Source: Aduncisulcus paluster
Lineage: Eukaryota
Length of the DNA: 37,007 bases
Assembly (NCBI GenBank): GCA_024181965.1
Contig: BQXS01012550.1
Location: forward strand, 1-37,007
Direction of reading: 5' to 3'
Position 1 is the stretch's first letter. Each line of letters starts with the position of its first letter. The position numbers were made by a program, and so were the translations under genes. Below are positions 9,774-22,057 of the stretch, piece after piece. The notes below the pieces were generated by a model, which saw nothing but the letters and a program-made list of their open reading frames with translations, was not told where the DNA came from and made no database searches.

Positions 9774-11717
9774 CTACATATTTGAATGGGTTTTATACTC
9801 AATATATCTTGTTCGTGACCCGGGAACATATTTCCAAATCAAATAAAAAATTGGAAATCCAAGAATGGGAATTAATGCGGCGAATTGGCTTCGAATTAAC
9901 ACATTAATCACACCTTGGAATGTTCTTTGACAAAACACCGTTCCTAAAATGTTTGTTTGCATTTGTATCTTTATAATCTGTAATACTTTCATGATATTTC
10001 GAATTATAGGTTTTGATTTTTGGAAGAGAGGGCGAATAATTTTATATGAATATGAACTCTCCAGCTTCACAAATGATCCCAAAATGAAAAAACTCAGTAT
10101 TCCAGGCGATATCCCATGCCAAAGCCCTGATATTACCATCGTAAAGAATTGAGGGAGATAACCCCTTGCCAATGATTTTGGAAACACGGATCTAATGGGA
10201 GCCAATATATAATGTGCCAACCATATCGCTACACTCTTATTCCAGTAATGGGTGATTCCATATTGAGAGTCACTTAACTCCACCTTCAAAAAGTGGGCAT
10301 TTTCGCATTTCCCCCATAGAAATTCCAATCTATATTTCACTTTCTTTGTTTCAATGTTATATTCATCCTTGATAATACAGTTATCTTCTTTATCTGATGC
10401 TTTGTCATCTTGTTTTGGGATAGATGTTGATTCTGAGGAAGGTAGCTGAGGACCAGTGTTATCCTCGAGAAGTGAAGCTTTCATATCAATAAGATCCATA
10501 CCCTGAAGAACCCCACAGCATCTAGAGAGTTTCCAAGCCGCATAGTACTTCATCCGAATAAGGAAGAAAGCACTCCACATCACAACAATTCTCCAATATA
10601 AGGGCAAGGTTCCAGAATCAGCACCAAAAGGACTATCATTATCACCCAATAGAGCCATTATGCCAGCCTCTCTGATATATTCAATTTCTTGTCCGCAAGT
10701 TTCATGGCAAATTGAAGAAATTAAGAAGATACAAATCTGATCAGACTTAAAGAAAATGAGCATGAAAAGAAGTGCAGAGATCAATGAAAACATCGTTTGT
10801 TTGATTAACGAGAAAAAGAATTTGATTCGAATGACAGGAATTCTCATTATTGATCCCACTAATTGATCATTTACATAATTCATGAAATCTGGGAATGTCA
10901 GAAAAGGTCCTGCAAGAAGAGAAGGGAGGTTCAATATATATGCATAAACACACAACAATGATGGAATTTCAAATGTCCCAAATCTTTTAATATCATCCAA
11001 TCTTGAGCTCGATTGGCTAATATATAGAAGTAAATTCTCCTCAAACAATGCTGTCGATTCATCTTTCTTTCCCAGTTCAATTGAGGAGCCACATTCAGTT
11101 TCGGATGCATCAGCCCCTTTATGTTTTGGCTTCATACCACTTTCTTGAGAGCCTGAAGTTGCCTTTGCTTTGTGCAGAATTGTATGTTTTGGATATTCCC
11201 CTAAATTGGGAGATGGCTGTAAAGGAGAGAATCCAGGATCAGAAGGCGATAAAGCATTCTTTTCTTCATCTATTTTTTCCCTAATTGATAGGAAAAAGGA
11301 TGATATTCTTAACGTACCCATCATGACCAGCCCGGTAAAATGATCAAGCATTGGAACATAATTAAACAGTTTATAAATTTGAAGAAACATTAAATAACTC
11401 ACTAAAATAATCACAGATATGATCTTTTTTATGACTAAAGAAATTGAAGAAAAGCGGAACAACAAATAATTTAAAGAAATTAGGAGAAGATAAGAAACAC
11501 CAAACAATTTAAAAACAAAAACAAGTGGAATAGAACCACATATTGAACCAAAGATAATTTTAGTTCGTTTTGCTCTTATTAATATAAATATTGGAGCAGA
11601 AATAAGAGAACAAAGGAAAACTAACAAAAATCCAATATCATCTATTTCTAAACCCAATTTTAAATGTAATTTAAATATTATTTCATCCAAGAACCAATGA
11701 TTTGAATTGAATATCAT
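9774..11717 (-). CDS. MBOAT-family membrane-bound O-acyltransferase (lysophospholipid acyltransferase, LPCAT/Ale1-like)
   Basis: Multiple hydrophobic helices; motifs PSLLAGP, RMKYYAAWKL, YWNKSVAIWL and ISGLWHG (catalytic His). First in-frame ATG is at 11717 (the track starts at a TTG). Confidence 0.93.
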   Translation of the reverse strand: MIFNSNHWFLDEIIFKLHLKLGLEIDDIGFLLVFLCSLISAPIFILIRAKRTKIIFGSICGSIPLVFVFKLFGVSYLLLISLNYLLFRFSSISLVIKKIISVIILVSYLMFLQIYKLFNYVPMLDHFTGLVMMGTLRISSFFLSIREKIDEEKNALSPSDPGFSPLQPSPNLGEYPKHTILHKAKATSGSQESGMKPKHKGADASETECGSSIELGKKDESTALFEENLLLYISQSSSRLDDIKRFGTFEIPSLLCVYAYILNLPSLLAGPFLTFPDFMNYVNDQLVGSIMRIPVIRIKFFFSLIKQTMFSLISALLFMLIFFKSDQICIFLISSICHETCGQEIEYIREAGIMALLGDNDSPFGADSGTLPLYWRIVVMWSAFFLIRMKYYAAWKLSRCCGVLQGMDLIDMKASLLEDNTGPQLPSSESTSIPKQDDKASDKEDNCIIKDEYNIETKKVKYRLEFLWGKCENAHFLKVELSDSQYGITHYWNKSVAIWLAHYILAPIRSVFPKSLARGYLPQFFTMVISGLWHGISPGILSFFILGSFVKLESSYSYKIIRPLFQKSKPIIRNIMKVLQIIKIQMQTNILGTVFCQRTFQGVINVLIRSQFAALIPILGFPIFYLIWKYVPGSRTRYIEYKTHSNM

Positions 11718-11921
11718 TGATTCATGCAAAAAAGAACTCCATTAATGACAAATTTGTCAATTTCGCCCAAACCAGTGTTGTTTCACCACCAAAATCAATT
11801 CTCTTCCACAAAACAGAAAAATAAGAATTAAACAAACCCCCCCCAAAAAAGCCATAACAGTTATAATTTTATTTCATTCAGAGGAAGAAAAACAAAAATA
11901 CATTATTTGAAACACAAACAT

Positions 11922-13673
11922 CTAGATTCCAGCCCCCTCTTGTTTTTGCTTTTTAGACAGCTTTTTGGCAATACCCTTTTGTGCTGGAGAAGGACTAACT
12001 TCAATAATTTCCCAACTTTCTTCCTCTTCCTCGGCTTTTACGATTTCAGATTCCTCCTCCTCTTCCTGTACTGTCATGAAAGTTTTCTCTTCTTCATGCT
12101 GCTCCAATTCGGCTTCTTGCTCTTTTTCTTTTTTCTCCTTCATGTCTTCTTCCGATTCTTCTTCTATTATTTCAACACCTTTCTCTCCACTCGAAGCAGT
12201 TTTCATCTCGACTTCCTCAGGTTCGGGAAATATGATAGGTTCTTCAACTTTAGGCATTGGATGCCATATTAATCCTAATGATCCAGGAGCGATATGAACT
12301 CTATCCATCTCANNNNNNNNNNNNNNNNNNNNCTTCAATAATTTCCCAACTTTCTTCCTCTTCCTCGGCTTTTACGATTTCAGATTCCTCCTCCTCCTCT
12401 TCCTGTACTGTCATGAAAGTTTTCTCTTCTTCATGCTGCTCCAATTCGGCTTCTTGCTCTTTTTCTTTTTTCTCCTTCATGTCTTCTTCCGATTCTTCTT
12501 CTATTATTTCAACACCTTTCTCTCCACTCGAAGCAGTTTTCATCTCGACTTCCTCAGGTTCGGGAAATATGATAGGTTCTTCAACTTTAGGCATTGGATG
12601 CCATATTAATCCTAATGATCCAGGAGCGATATGAACTCTATCCATCTCAGCAATCTTTAAGGTGTCCCACACCCTCATAGCCTCGGTAGGAAATCCTATA
12701 AATGACATCACTGGTGCCGCAATGAAATCAGGCTTTTCGATTTGGGGAAGAGTTCCAGCTCCATCTACAAGAATAAAAGATATTAACTCATTGCGAAGAC
12801 CATGCATCATAGGATACGAAGCTGATTTAGAATCCCCACGTATATCAAGCACTGGACAAGCAACATCAGGATCAAAGGCTTTTCTTTTTGCAAAAGCTTG
12901 CAAATACAAAGCTTGATTATGATATGGGAGTCCTTTTAAGTGCCTCCGAATCGAAGAAACAAGTGTGTGATTATTATCCAAAGTGTATGCAGAAAATAGA
13001 TAATTCAAAATCTTTTCAACTCTCTTCTCAGTTGATGGAAGTGTTCCCATCTTCCAGGCAGTGAATCGTTTCATGAGTTCGCCAGCTCCCATCTCACTTA
13101 CAACTGGAGTATCGATGAGAAGAATGCGTGAAACACGATTAGAGAACAAAGAAGATGTACGATGCATAACAGCAGCCCCAGCTCCGCATCCAAATCCAAT
13201 GAATTTATCAATTTTCAACTTGTTTGCAACTTCAATAACAAGAGTTGAGAGCTGAGTAAAATCGGGAAAATATGTATCAGTATCCACTTCTCTTGCTCCA
13301 GGTTCATGATAAGGCATATTAATTCCAACAACAATGAAGTGTTTAAAGAGTATTTCGCCCAATTTTGGATGAAAAAGAAGAGGTCCCCATGTAGTTCTAT
13401 GATTTAGGAAAACTCCATGAACACAAATAATATGATGACAGTCGCGAAGATCAGAACGAAGAGAATCATCAAAACCCTTTGACTTATATACCTCAACTGA
13501 CAATTTACCTCGACTTGTGACAATTTTTTGCAGATCGAGTTCAACATCTCCATCCCATCCAATTGGAGAATCTTCTTGTGGTACTGGTGAAAGAAGTGTG
13601 TGAATCATCAATATGGTTATTACCAGAACAATCAAAAGCCAAATATATTTTGACAAAAGTCATCACCTGTCAT
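11922..13673 (-). CDS. NDRG-family alpha/beta-hydrolase-fold protein with acidic C-terminal tail; about 444 aa after collapsing the gap duplication
   Basis: HGVFLNHRTTW, HFIVVGINMPYHEPGA, YFPDFTQL and IGFGCGAGA match NDRG blocks. Start is uncertain: ATG 13673 with a tentative intron at 13666-13584 (GTGATG...CAG), or the internal ATG of MIHTLL. Confidence 0.85.
11999..12649. repeat. Direct duplication 11999-12312 / 12333-12649 around the 20-N gap at 12313-12332; probable unmerged contig overlap
   Basis: Copies look identical except for one extra TCC triplet (one Glu codon) in the second. Confidence 0.9.
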
Positions 13674-14103
13674 TCTCAGCTGACAAACCAAGCCAGGCAA
13701 TTTGGATAAATCTTTCAAAAACAACCAAAAAATCAAAATATTAATTAAAACAACCAGATTGGTGACCTTTTAAATTCGGATTTGCGCTTCAAAAGTCGAT
13801 TTTAATTTCATTCTCTAATCACTTTAATAATGATGGATAGCATAGATCTTCTGAGCATAAATATCTCTTAATATCATAATATCATCACTTATTTTTTACT
13901 AATAACCTTCTTTAAAGTCGAGAGCCATTTTTCGAATTATAGTGATAAAAAAACAGAAACTGAAAAAGTTGTCTTTATTCTTTTTCTTTTTCAAAGTTTT
14001 TGTAATTGAATGTAATTATATATCAATCATGTTTACCTATAAATAGAATGACAGCTGATTTTCTAAATTTTTCTTAACTTGCCAACACCTATAACACTGA
14101 ATT

Positions 14104-15447
14104 ATGGATTCCCTTGCTAAAACTAACCGTTCTCGCATCTTTGATGTGCTCTCTGAAGGTCTCCTTTTTGTTAGAGGAGGAGAAAGTACTTGCGTATATG
14201 ATACCGATGCCGATGAAGTTTTCCAACAAGAAGCAACTTTCATTTTCGTGACTGATTTCCATGAACCAGATTGTTTTGCTGTTTTGGACTGTTACGATAA
14301 GAAATATCATCTTTTCGTCCCCCATCTTCCTGCTGAGTATGCCGTGTGGCTTGGAGAGATTGAATCTCTTGAATCTATCCAAAAGAGAACCGGTTGTGAT
14401 TACATCCACTACACTGAGGAGTTACCCACTTTCTGGAAGGAAATGCCCGAGTCCAAGCGTCTTCTCATTACCAACAAATTCTCCAAAGGTTCCGTTGGTG
14501 AAGTTCCCAGTTCTTTCACTATGACCGAAGATGCTGACAAGACCATCCACGAACTTCGTATGTTTAAGACACCTGAGGAAGAGGGCCGTATCCTTGAAAG
14601 TTGCCGTATTCTTGGTGAATGTTTCCGTGAAACTATCAAATTTGCTACTCCTGGTCGTTATGAGTACCAAGTTGATGCTCGTCTCAGATATGAAGGTATG
14701 ATGAGAGGAAGCCGTTTCGTTTCTTTCGCTGCTATCCCCGCTACTGGAAAGAGTGCCGCCACTCTCCACTACATCCATTGCAAGAAACAATTGAAGGATG
14801 GCGATATGTTCTTGCTTGACGCTGGTGTCATGTACAAGGGATACGCTTCTGATGTTACCAGATCTTTCCCTGTCAATGGAAAGTTCACTGAAAAACAAAA
14901 GGAGTTGTACCAAGTCGTACTTGATTCTCAAATGGCTTGTATTGAAATGCTCAAGCCTGGTGTTGAATGGAGAGATGTTCACGCCAAATCTCTTGAGATG
15001 CTCACCAAGGGTCTCCTCAAGGTCGGTATCCTGAAATCTGAGTTCTCTCTCGAGGAACACTTGAAGAATCACACGGCTACATGGTTCCAAGGTCACGGAA
15101 TTGGTCATTCTATGGGTCTTGCTGTTCATGACATCGGTGCTTTCCCTGAAGGTAGAGGAAGATTCTCTGAACCAGGTTACTCTAGTCTCAGAATGAACAG
15201 AATCCTTGAACCTGGAATTGTTGTCACCATCGAACCTGGATGTTACTTCGTCGATGTTGTCCTTAATGATGTTAAGAAGACCCCTGAGAAGGTCAAGTAC
15301 GTTAACTTTGATAAAGTTGCCGAATATTCTGCCGAAATTGGAGGAATCAGGATCGAAGATGACATTATCATCACTAAGGATGGATACAAGATGTTAACTA
15401 ATATTCCCAAGACCGTTGAGGAATTGGAGGCTCTTAAATCTGAATAA
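14104..15447 (+). CDS. PEPD: Xaa-Pro dipeptidase (prolidase), peptidase M24B, 447 aa
   Basis: Metal-ligand motifs LLDAGVMYKGYASDVTR, HGIGHSMGLAVHD, TIEPGCYF and GGIRIEDDI. Also ATLHY and an N-terminal FQQEATF block typical of prolidases. Confidence 0.93.
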   Translation: MDSLAKTNRSRIFDVLSEGLLFVRGGESTCVYDTDADEVFQQEATFIFVTDFHEPDCFAVLDCYDKKYHLFVPHLPAEYAVWLGEIESLESIQKRTGCDYIHYTEELPTFWKEMPESKRLLITNKFSKGSVGEVPSSFTMTEDADKTIHELRMFKTPEEEGRILESCRILGECFRETIKFATPGRYEYQVDARLRYEGMMRGSRFVSFAAIPATGKSAATLHYIHCKKQLKDGDMFLLDAGVMYKGYASDVTRSFPVNGKFTEKQKELYQVVLDSQMACIEMLKPGVEWRDVHAKSLEMLTKGLLKVGILKSEFSLEEHLKNHTATWFQGHGIGHSMGLAVHDIGAFPEGRGRFSEPGYSSLRMNRILEPGIVVTIEPGCYFVDVVLNDVKKTPEKVKYVNFDKVAEYSAEIGGIRIEDDIIITKDGYKMLTNIPKTVEELEALKSE

Positions 15448-15548
15448 ATTAGGTGATCTTTGACCTTTTCTTTTATAATACATTAAATTAATTACCTGAT
15501 TTTCAATCAATATGAAATTCCCATGTTTCTTCGAGTGACTAGAGTTTC

Positions 15549-18500
15549 ATGGGCAAGAAAACTGTCCATCAGCATTTAATTTTAAAGAATGTCCCAGTTC
15601 ACCCCCCGACTTTGTCAGATAGTGACGTTTTAAGGAAGAAACGAATATCTCAGCGAAAATCAACAGTTCTTCCTTTTAATTCGGTTAAAAAATCGTATTC
15701 AACGGCATATAAAAAAGAAAAAGAGGTGGAAGAATCACTTCATATTGTAAAAGAGCCCCTATACTCCACAATTGCTTGCATAGTTCCTTCTCGTTCTGAA
15801 AAACCTCATCGTAAACAATTGACCCCATCCAATAGTGCAGCTCCTGTTCTACCACCTACTTATTCTCAAACATCTCCTCGTACCCGTTTTATTGATTTAA
15901 CAACAGACACTCTCCATTCAGTTGCCCGGAATGAAGAGGAAAGAAGATTTAAAAAAATAATTTCAAAAAAACAAGATATTTTGGAAGAAGTTGATCTTGA
16001 TATGAGATATGAAGCAGAACTAAAAGCCAAAGAGGAAACGATGCGTCGTCTTCGAGAATTGGAAGGAGAGAAAGAGAGACGAGCCAAAGATATCGAAAAA
16101 AAGTTAAAAGAGTATGTTTTATCTCGTGAACCTGCAACAGAATCATCTTCAAATCATGTACAATCCATAGATCCTCTTGCTTCCATATTTTTGACGTCAC
16201 AGTTTAATACTCGTCCATCCTCTTCCTCTTCTTCTTCCTCTTCCTCAAATCCATTGAATGCATCCACTGATGTTGGAGTTACTAAAAGTAGTCTTTCAAT
16301 CCATGAACATGGGTCTTCATCATCCATTCAACTCCCTCCTGAGTCTCTGATGTCATCTAGCCTTCCTTTATCCCATCTTTCCATTGATCCTCCGACATTA
16401 ACCCTCATCTCTGCCCTTCGTGCAGCCCTTCACTCCTCTTTCATCTCTCCTGCTGCTCGGGCTAAAGTGTGTGAGTGTCTAGCTATTATCATAAGCGACG
16501 AAGAAGAAAAGGAGAAAGAAAGGGACGATTTATTCCATAAAAGTATCCGCCATGAGCTTCAAAAGGATCAGCAGCAAGATCTTGGTAGTTCTTCAGGAAG
16601 TAGATCTCATCTCCCTCAACTCCTTGTTCCCTCAGCTTCAGATAGTTCTATTGGACCCTCTCACGGAATCACATTATCGGACAAGCCAAAACCTCACAAA
16701 CTAGGGCCGAGCGATTCCCAGTCCAAGCAATATAAAGCATCTGAATCGACTGGTTCTATCCCTCCCATTTCCTCTTCTTCTACATCCTCTTCTTCTACAT
16801 CCTCTTCCTCATCCATCGGAGTGTCTAGCTATTATCATAAGCGACGAAGAAGAAAAGGAGAAAGAAAGGGACGATTTATTCCATAAAAGTATCCGCCATG
16901 AGCTTCAAAAGGATCAGCAGCAAGATCTTGGTAGTTCTTCAGGAAGTAGATCTCATCTCCCTCAACTCCTTGTTCCCTCAGCTTCAGATAGTTCTATTGG
17001 ACCCTCTCACGGAATCACATTATCGGACAAGCCAAAACCTCACAAACTAGGGCCGAGCGATTCCCAGTCCAAGCAATATAAAGCATCTGAATCGACTGGT
17101 TCTATCCCTCTTGCCTCTCCATTCCTTCNNNNNNNNNNNNNNNNNNNNTTCAAAAGGATCAGCAGCAAGATCTTGGTAGTTCTTCAGGAAGTAGATCTCA
17201 TCTCCCTCAACTCCTTGTTCCCTCAGCTTCAGATAGTTCTATTGGACCCTCTCACGGAATCACATTATCGGACAAGCCAAAACCTCACAAACTAGGGCCG
17301 AGCGATTCCCAGTCCAAGCAATATAAAGCATCTGAATCGACTGGTTCTATCCCTCCCATTTCCTCTTCTTCTACATCCTCTTCTTCTACATCTTCCTCAA
17401 ATCCATTGAATGCATCCACTGATGTTGGAGTTACTAAAAGTAGTCTTTCAATCCATGAACATGGGTCTTCATCATCCATTCAACTCCCTCCTGAGTCTCT
17501 GATGTCATCTAGCCTTCCTTTATCCCATCTTTCCATTGATCCTCCGACATTAACCCTCATCTCTGCCCTTCGTGCAGCCCTTCACTCCTCTTTCATCTCT
17601 CCTGCTGCTCGGGCTAAAGTGTGTGAGTGTCTAGCTATTATCATAAGCGACGAAGAAGAAAAGGAGAAAGAAAGGGACGATTTATTCCATAAAAGTATCC
17701 GCCATGAGCTTCAAAAGGATCAGCAGCAAGATCTTGGTAGTTCTTCAGGAAGTAGATCTCATCTCCCTCAACTCCTTGTTCCCTCAGCTTCAGATAGTTC
17801 TATTGGACCCTCTCACGGAATCACATTATCGGACAAGCCAAAACCTCACAAACTAGGGCCGAGCGATTCCCAGTCCAAGCAATATAAAGCATCTGAATCG
17901 ACTGGTTCTATCCCTCCCATTTCCTCTTCTTCTACATCCTCTTCTTCTTCCTCTTCCTCAAATCCATTGAATGCATCCACTGATGTTGGAGTTACTAAAA
18001 GTAGTCTTTCAATCCATGAACATGGGTCTTCATCATCCATTCAACTCCCTCCTGAGTCTCTGATGTCATCTAGCCTTCCTTTATCCCATCTTTCCATTGA
18101 TCCTCCGACATTAACCCTCATCTCTGCCCTTCGTGCAGCCCTTCACTCCTCTTTCATCTCTCCTGCTGCTCGGGCTAAAGTGTGTGAGTGTCTAGCTATT
18201 ATCATAAGCGACGAAGAAGAAAAGGAGAAAGAAAGGGACGATTTATTCCATAAAAGTATCCGCCATGAGCTTCAAAAGGATCAGCAGCAAGATCTTGGTA
18301 GTTCTTCAGGAAGTAGATCTCATCTCCCTCAACTCCTTGTTCCCTCAGCTTCAGATAGTTCTATTGGACCCTCTCACGGAATCACATTATCGGACAAGCC
18401 AAAACCTCACAAACTAGGGCCGAGCGATTCCCAGTCCAAGCAATATAAAGCATCTGAATCGACTGGTTCTATCCCTCCCATTTCCTCTTCTTCTACATCC

Positions 18501-20852
18501 TCTTCTTCTACATCCTCTTCCTCATCCATCGTTGCCTCTCCATTCCTTCTCACCCCTTCTTCTTCCTCATCGTCTCTTGTTGCCTCGTCCTCTGGCACTG
18601 GTGTTTTCACAGGGCTTCACAAACAGGATATCCATTTCCTATCTCAGCGGATTCATCAAGAAGAACGGGTTCTAAATCTGGAACAACGGCTCTTTGACGA
18701 CGACGAGAATGGCGGAAAAGAATCTCATGGGAAAACCTCAACCTCTCCAAAGAAGAAGAAATCAAAAAAATACAAAAAGAATGGTGGTTCCAAGAGTCCC
18801 TCTCAGTCCCAGCAACAAGCATCCAAATTGAGTCGAGACACGTCAGTTCAGATAGAAGAGTGGGAGAAAGAGAGTCGAATGGAACTCATTCAACAGAAAC
18901 GAAGGAGAAGAGCCTCATTGTCATCAAAGGGATCTCCGTTGGCCACAAGTTCATTCAATTGGATGAAAGAAACAAAGTCTGCGGCTCGTCGGCGAATCAT
19001 TACTCGCCAACAGAAAGACCATGACAAACTGGTGGCTGAAGAGACGGCAAAGATGTACTCCTCGTCTGAGTTTGTCAAACAACTTGAGAAACAAGACCGT
19101 GAAGAGCATGAAGTCCGTCTTTTGATGGAAGAGCAAGGTGTTTTTGCATCTAATCCCCATGAAAATCTTAGGGATGTCAATGATCTTGCGTACTCTCCTG
19201 CGACAGGCACTGGAGAACCTGATGATTATACCACTTCCTTTACAGACCATGAAACAAGAATCCATACCGATGAAGTGGTTTCTCATCACTCTCACTCTCA
19301 AAACCACCATAATCACCATAATTCTAATACGAAGTCTTCTCATGTTCACAATAAGAGTGGGAAACATCCATCCCCTTCTCCCCTTGCTGCTTCCGTTGTC
19401 GTGACTCCTTCAAAACATCCGTTGCATAACCCCCCGCACGGGGAAGATATCACTGTCTCTCATGAACCTCTATCCGCTTCTGCCCCTGGAACAAGACGCA
19501 GATCCCCACAAGTATCGTTAGGCCAAGGTATTGATTCAGCCCTTGCAAAGCACAAGAGTCTTGAACAGAAACAAATAATTATCCCAGGTCGCCATTCTCA
19601 GCCCAAGAAAGATGAGGGGGTGATCGATTCTTCCTTACCTGTGGCTTCGAACAAGATTGGAGACCCCCCACACGTATATACGGCACAAAAATCTCCTCTC
19701 TATGATGTGTACGATTCAACATATCCAACAGACCAACACCATAATCCTCATGCCTTTGCTGCATCTGTGGATTCTTATCATATCGAACAGTTCTCCACTC
19801 CTCAAGAGGCCATTGTGATGACAAAACAAGCTAAACTGCAGCATAAACCCCCTTCTTGGCAAAATCAAGATGTGAACAAAGATGATCAAGACTCGTTTCT
19901 CTCCCCTGTATCCCAGCTTCCTTCTGCTCCCAACTATCCCCTTGAGGATAGAACAGAAGCCAAGACTATGATGAACCGTGAACAACATTCACACATAGAC
20001 CCATTAGAAGAAACTGATAGTGTTAAATCCCGTCAACATGAGCTGTGGATGAATGTTACTGCTGATTCTGTTGGAAAGGCCAAGGAATTAGAAGAACTTC
20101 GAGTCAAACAGCAAAAAGAGCTTGAATCAAGGTTAGATAAGGAGCGTCGACATCGTGAACTTGCCAAATCTCAGCAAGCCGAGAAAGTTGAGCTTCGTTT
20201 CCAACATCCTCTCAGTTCTCATTCTCATTATTCTTCATCTTCCCCTGTTATTCACACATACACACCAGATTCTAGTCTCACTTCTCATTTTTCTGGTGCC
20301 TCTGCCTCTTATTCAATATCAAACAATTCCGGAACTGCACCGAAAGTTCCCCAACTTATGACCGGCCAGCCGACCACCCAGCCGTCCTCCTCCCCCTCTT
20401 CTTCTTCCCCTTCCTCTTCGAATCCCCCCCTCCCCCATTCTAGTGATTCCTATCCCAATCCACACCCTCTCAAGGAACCCCATCACCTAGGGATGCCCTA
20501 TCAACAATATTTAGTCTCAATGCAATCAGATGCGACACAAACCTCTCCAATCTTATCAAATCCTCAACTTGATTCCTCCCTAATTCGAGGCAAAGATTAT
20601 GCGATGGCCAGGACAAAGGTTAAGGGAGGACTATCCTCTCCTCGCGATTCCTCCGCCTCACCCAATCACAACATGTATGGCTCTTCTCCAGCCTTTTCTC
20701 CAATGGATAAAGAGGCCAAGCAACTATTATTTGAAATTCATTCTCTGAAGGCTATTGCGCCTCCTTCTCATCGGATGGATGATGCCATTGATGAGGGTGG
20801 GATGGACGAAAATAGTGCAGCGGATTTCTTCAAGAAGCTCTGTGAAGAGTGA
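15549..20852 (+). CDS. Uncharacterised Ser/His/Gln-rich protein with coiled-coil segments; probably one gene (about 1196 aa if the repeat is single-copy)
   Basis: ORFs 15549-16886 and 17406-20852 are in the same frame and share the repeated block. Joining 16818 to 18532 removes 1713 nt and gives one open frame. Confidence 0.7.
16240..18531 (+). repeat. About 561-bp unit in three full and two partial copies around the gap at 17129-17148
   Basis: CCATTGAATGCATCC occurs at 16251, 17403 and 17964. Partial copies lie at 16819-17110 (frameshifted) and 17149-17390. Units are bounded by TCC/TCT poly-Ser tracts. Confidence 0.9.
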
Positions 20853-21421
20853 TATCCCTGTATATTGTTGTGTTGAGATCTCTTGGATGGATTGGACATC
20901 GTGGAGTGAGTGAGAGTTTTCTTTTCAATCAGATAGATCTGGATCTTCTAACTTAATGCTACTGTTAATTTTTATTGCATTACATATTTTATTTAAAGTT
21001 TAAACATTATTATAAATATAAAAACACTTCAAAATATTTTTATCGATTCCTGTGTTTCTTATATCTTCTGGGATTTTCTGTTGTTTTTGCAAAAACAGAC
21101 TGACTATATATATTAGATATCAATCCAAGAGTTACTATATTTCCATATTATTCCCAGTTCCTTGATTGGTTTGTCTGCTTTGCAGTTATTTATATTGGAG
21201 GATTAGCTATTACAACTGCTAATTAATTACCTTTTTTCTGATTCTTATCTTCTATTTGAATTTACCAAATAATATCTAGCGTTATCTTTTTATATTTAAC
21301 CTCTTTTATATTAATATAAATTCACACACGGCTGTGTTGAGAATCTCTATTCATCACAATGAAAAATAAATTCAATTCCTATGATACGGACGAACCACTG
21401 AGATCCTGGAAAAATAACCTC

Positions 21422-21901
21422 TCATTTGTGAAGATCAACCAAAGTTTTCTTCAGAGGAAAGTGATTCATTTTGCATTTTGAACAATAGAAAATTGTACTT
21501 CGTTTCGCTAATGACTTTCTTATTTCAGAAGGTTTAATTTCACATCCAACACCAGGAGCATCAACAAGCATGAATAATCTGAGTGCAGAAATCAAATTTG
21601 AGAGAGTTACACTTGGAGTCCATGCTTCAGGATGAAACGAGGAAAAATTTAAACAAATTCGTTTGAAGGGAATAAATCGTCCAGATTCATTCATAAAAAT
21701 AATATCAGGTGCCTTTAATGGATATTCTTTCGGAAGAACTATTTGAATATGGTATATACCATCCTGATAATCAGAATCTTTCAGCCCACGGAATGATACG
21801 TGAAGTTCATGGAGATTAATCACTTCAAATTGTAACCATTTCAATTCTGCCAGGAGTTTCAACTCTTGGGATACCCTTCTTGTAAACAGTGGATCATCCA
21901 T
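21422..21901 (-). CDS. Ubiquitin-conjugating enzyme E2, Ubc6/UBE2J family, 159 aa
   Basis: RVSQEL, SDYQDGIYH, PKEYPLKAPDI and SGRF. Active site RICLNFSSFHPEAWTP has no HPN, as in the Ubc6 family. ATG at 21901. Confidence 0.9.
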   Translation of the reverse strand: MDDPLFTRRVSQELKLLAELKWLQFEVINLHELHVSFRGLKDSDYQDGIYHIQIVLPKEYPLKAPDIIFMNESGRFIPFKRICLNFSSFHPEAWTPSVTLSNLISALRLFMLVDAPGVGCEIKPSEIRKSLAKRSTIFYCSKCKMNHFPLKKTLVDLHK

Positions 21902-22057
21902 TCTTTTGATCAACAAAAAATAGGCAAAAATATTAATAAGGTTTCAAAAATCCTAATCAACGAATAGGCAGTAAAATAGCAAAAGAAAGAACAATTTTAC
22001 AATTTAATTATTTATTTATATTGAATCTGGATATTTGGTAAAAAATATCAAATCGTA

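Noticed and set aside
13600-13656. Apparent signal peptide (MSKYIWLLIVLVITILM) on the NDRG ORF
   Set aside because: The ORF starts at a TTG and the segment is probably intron or UTR; NDRG proteins are cytosolic.
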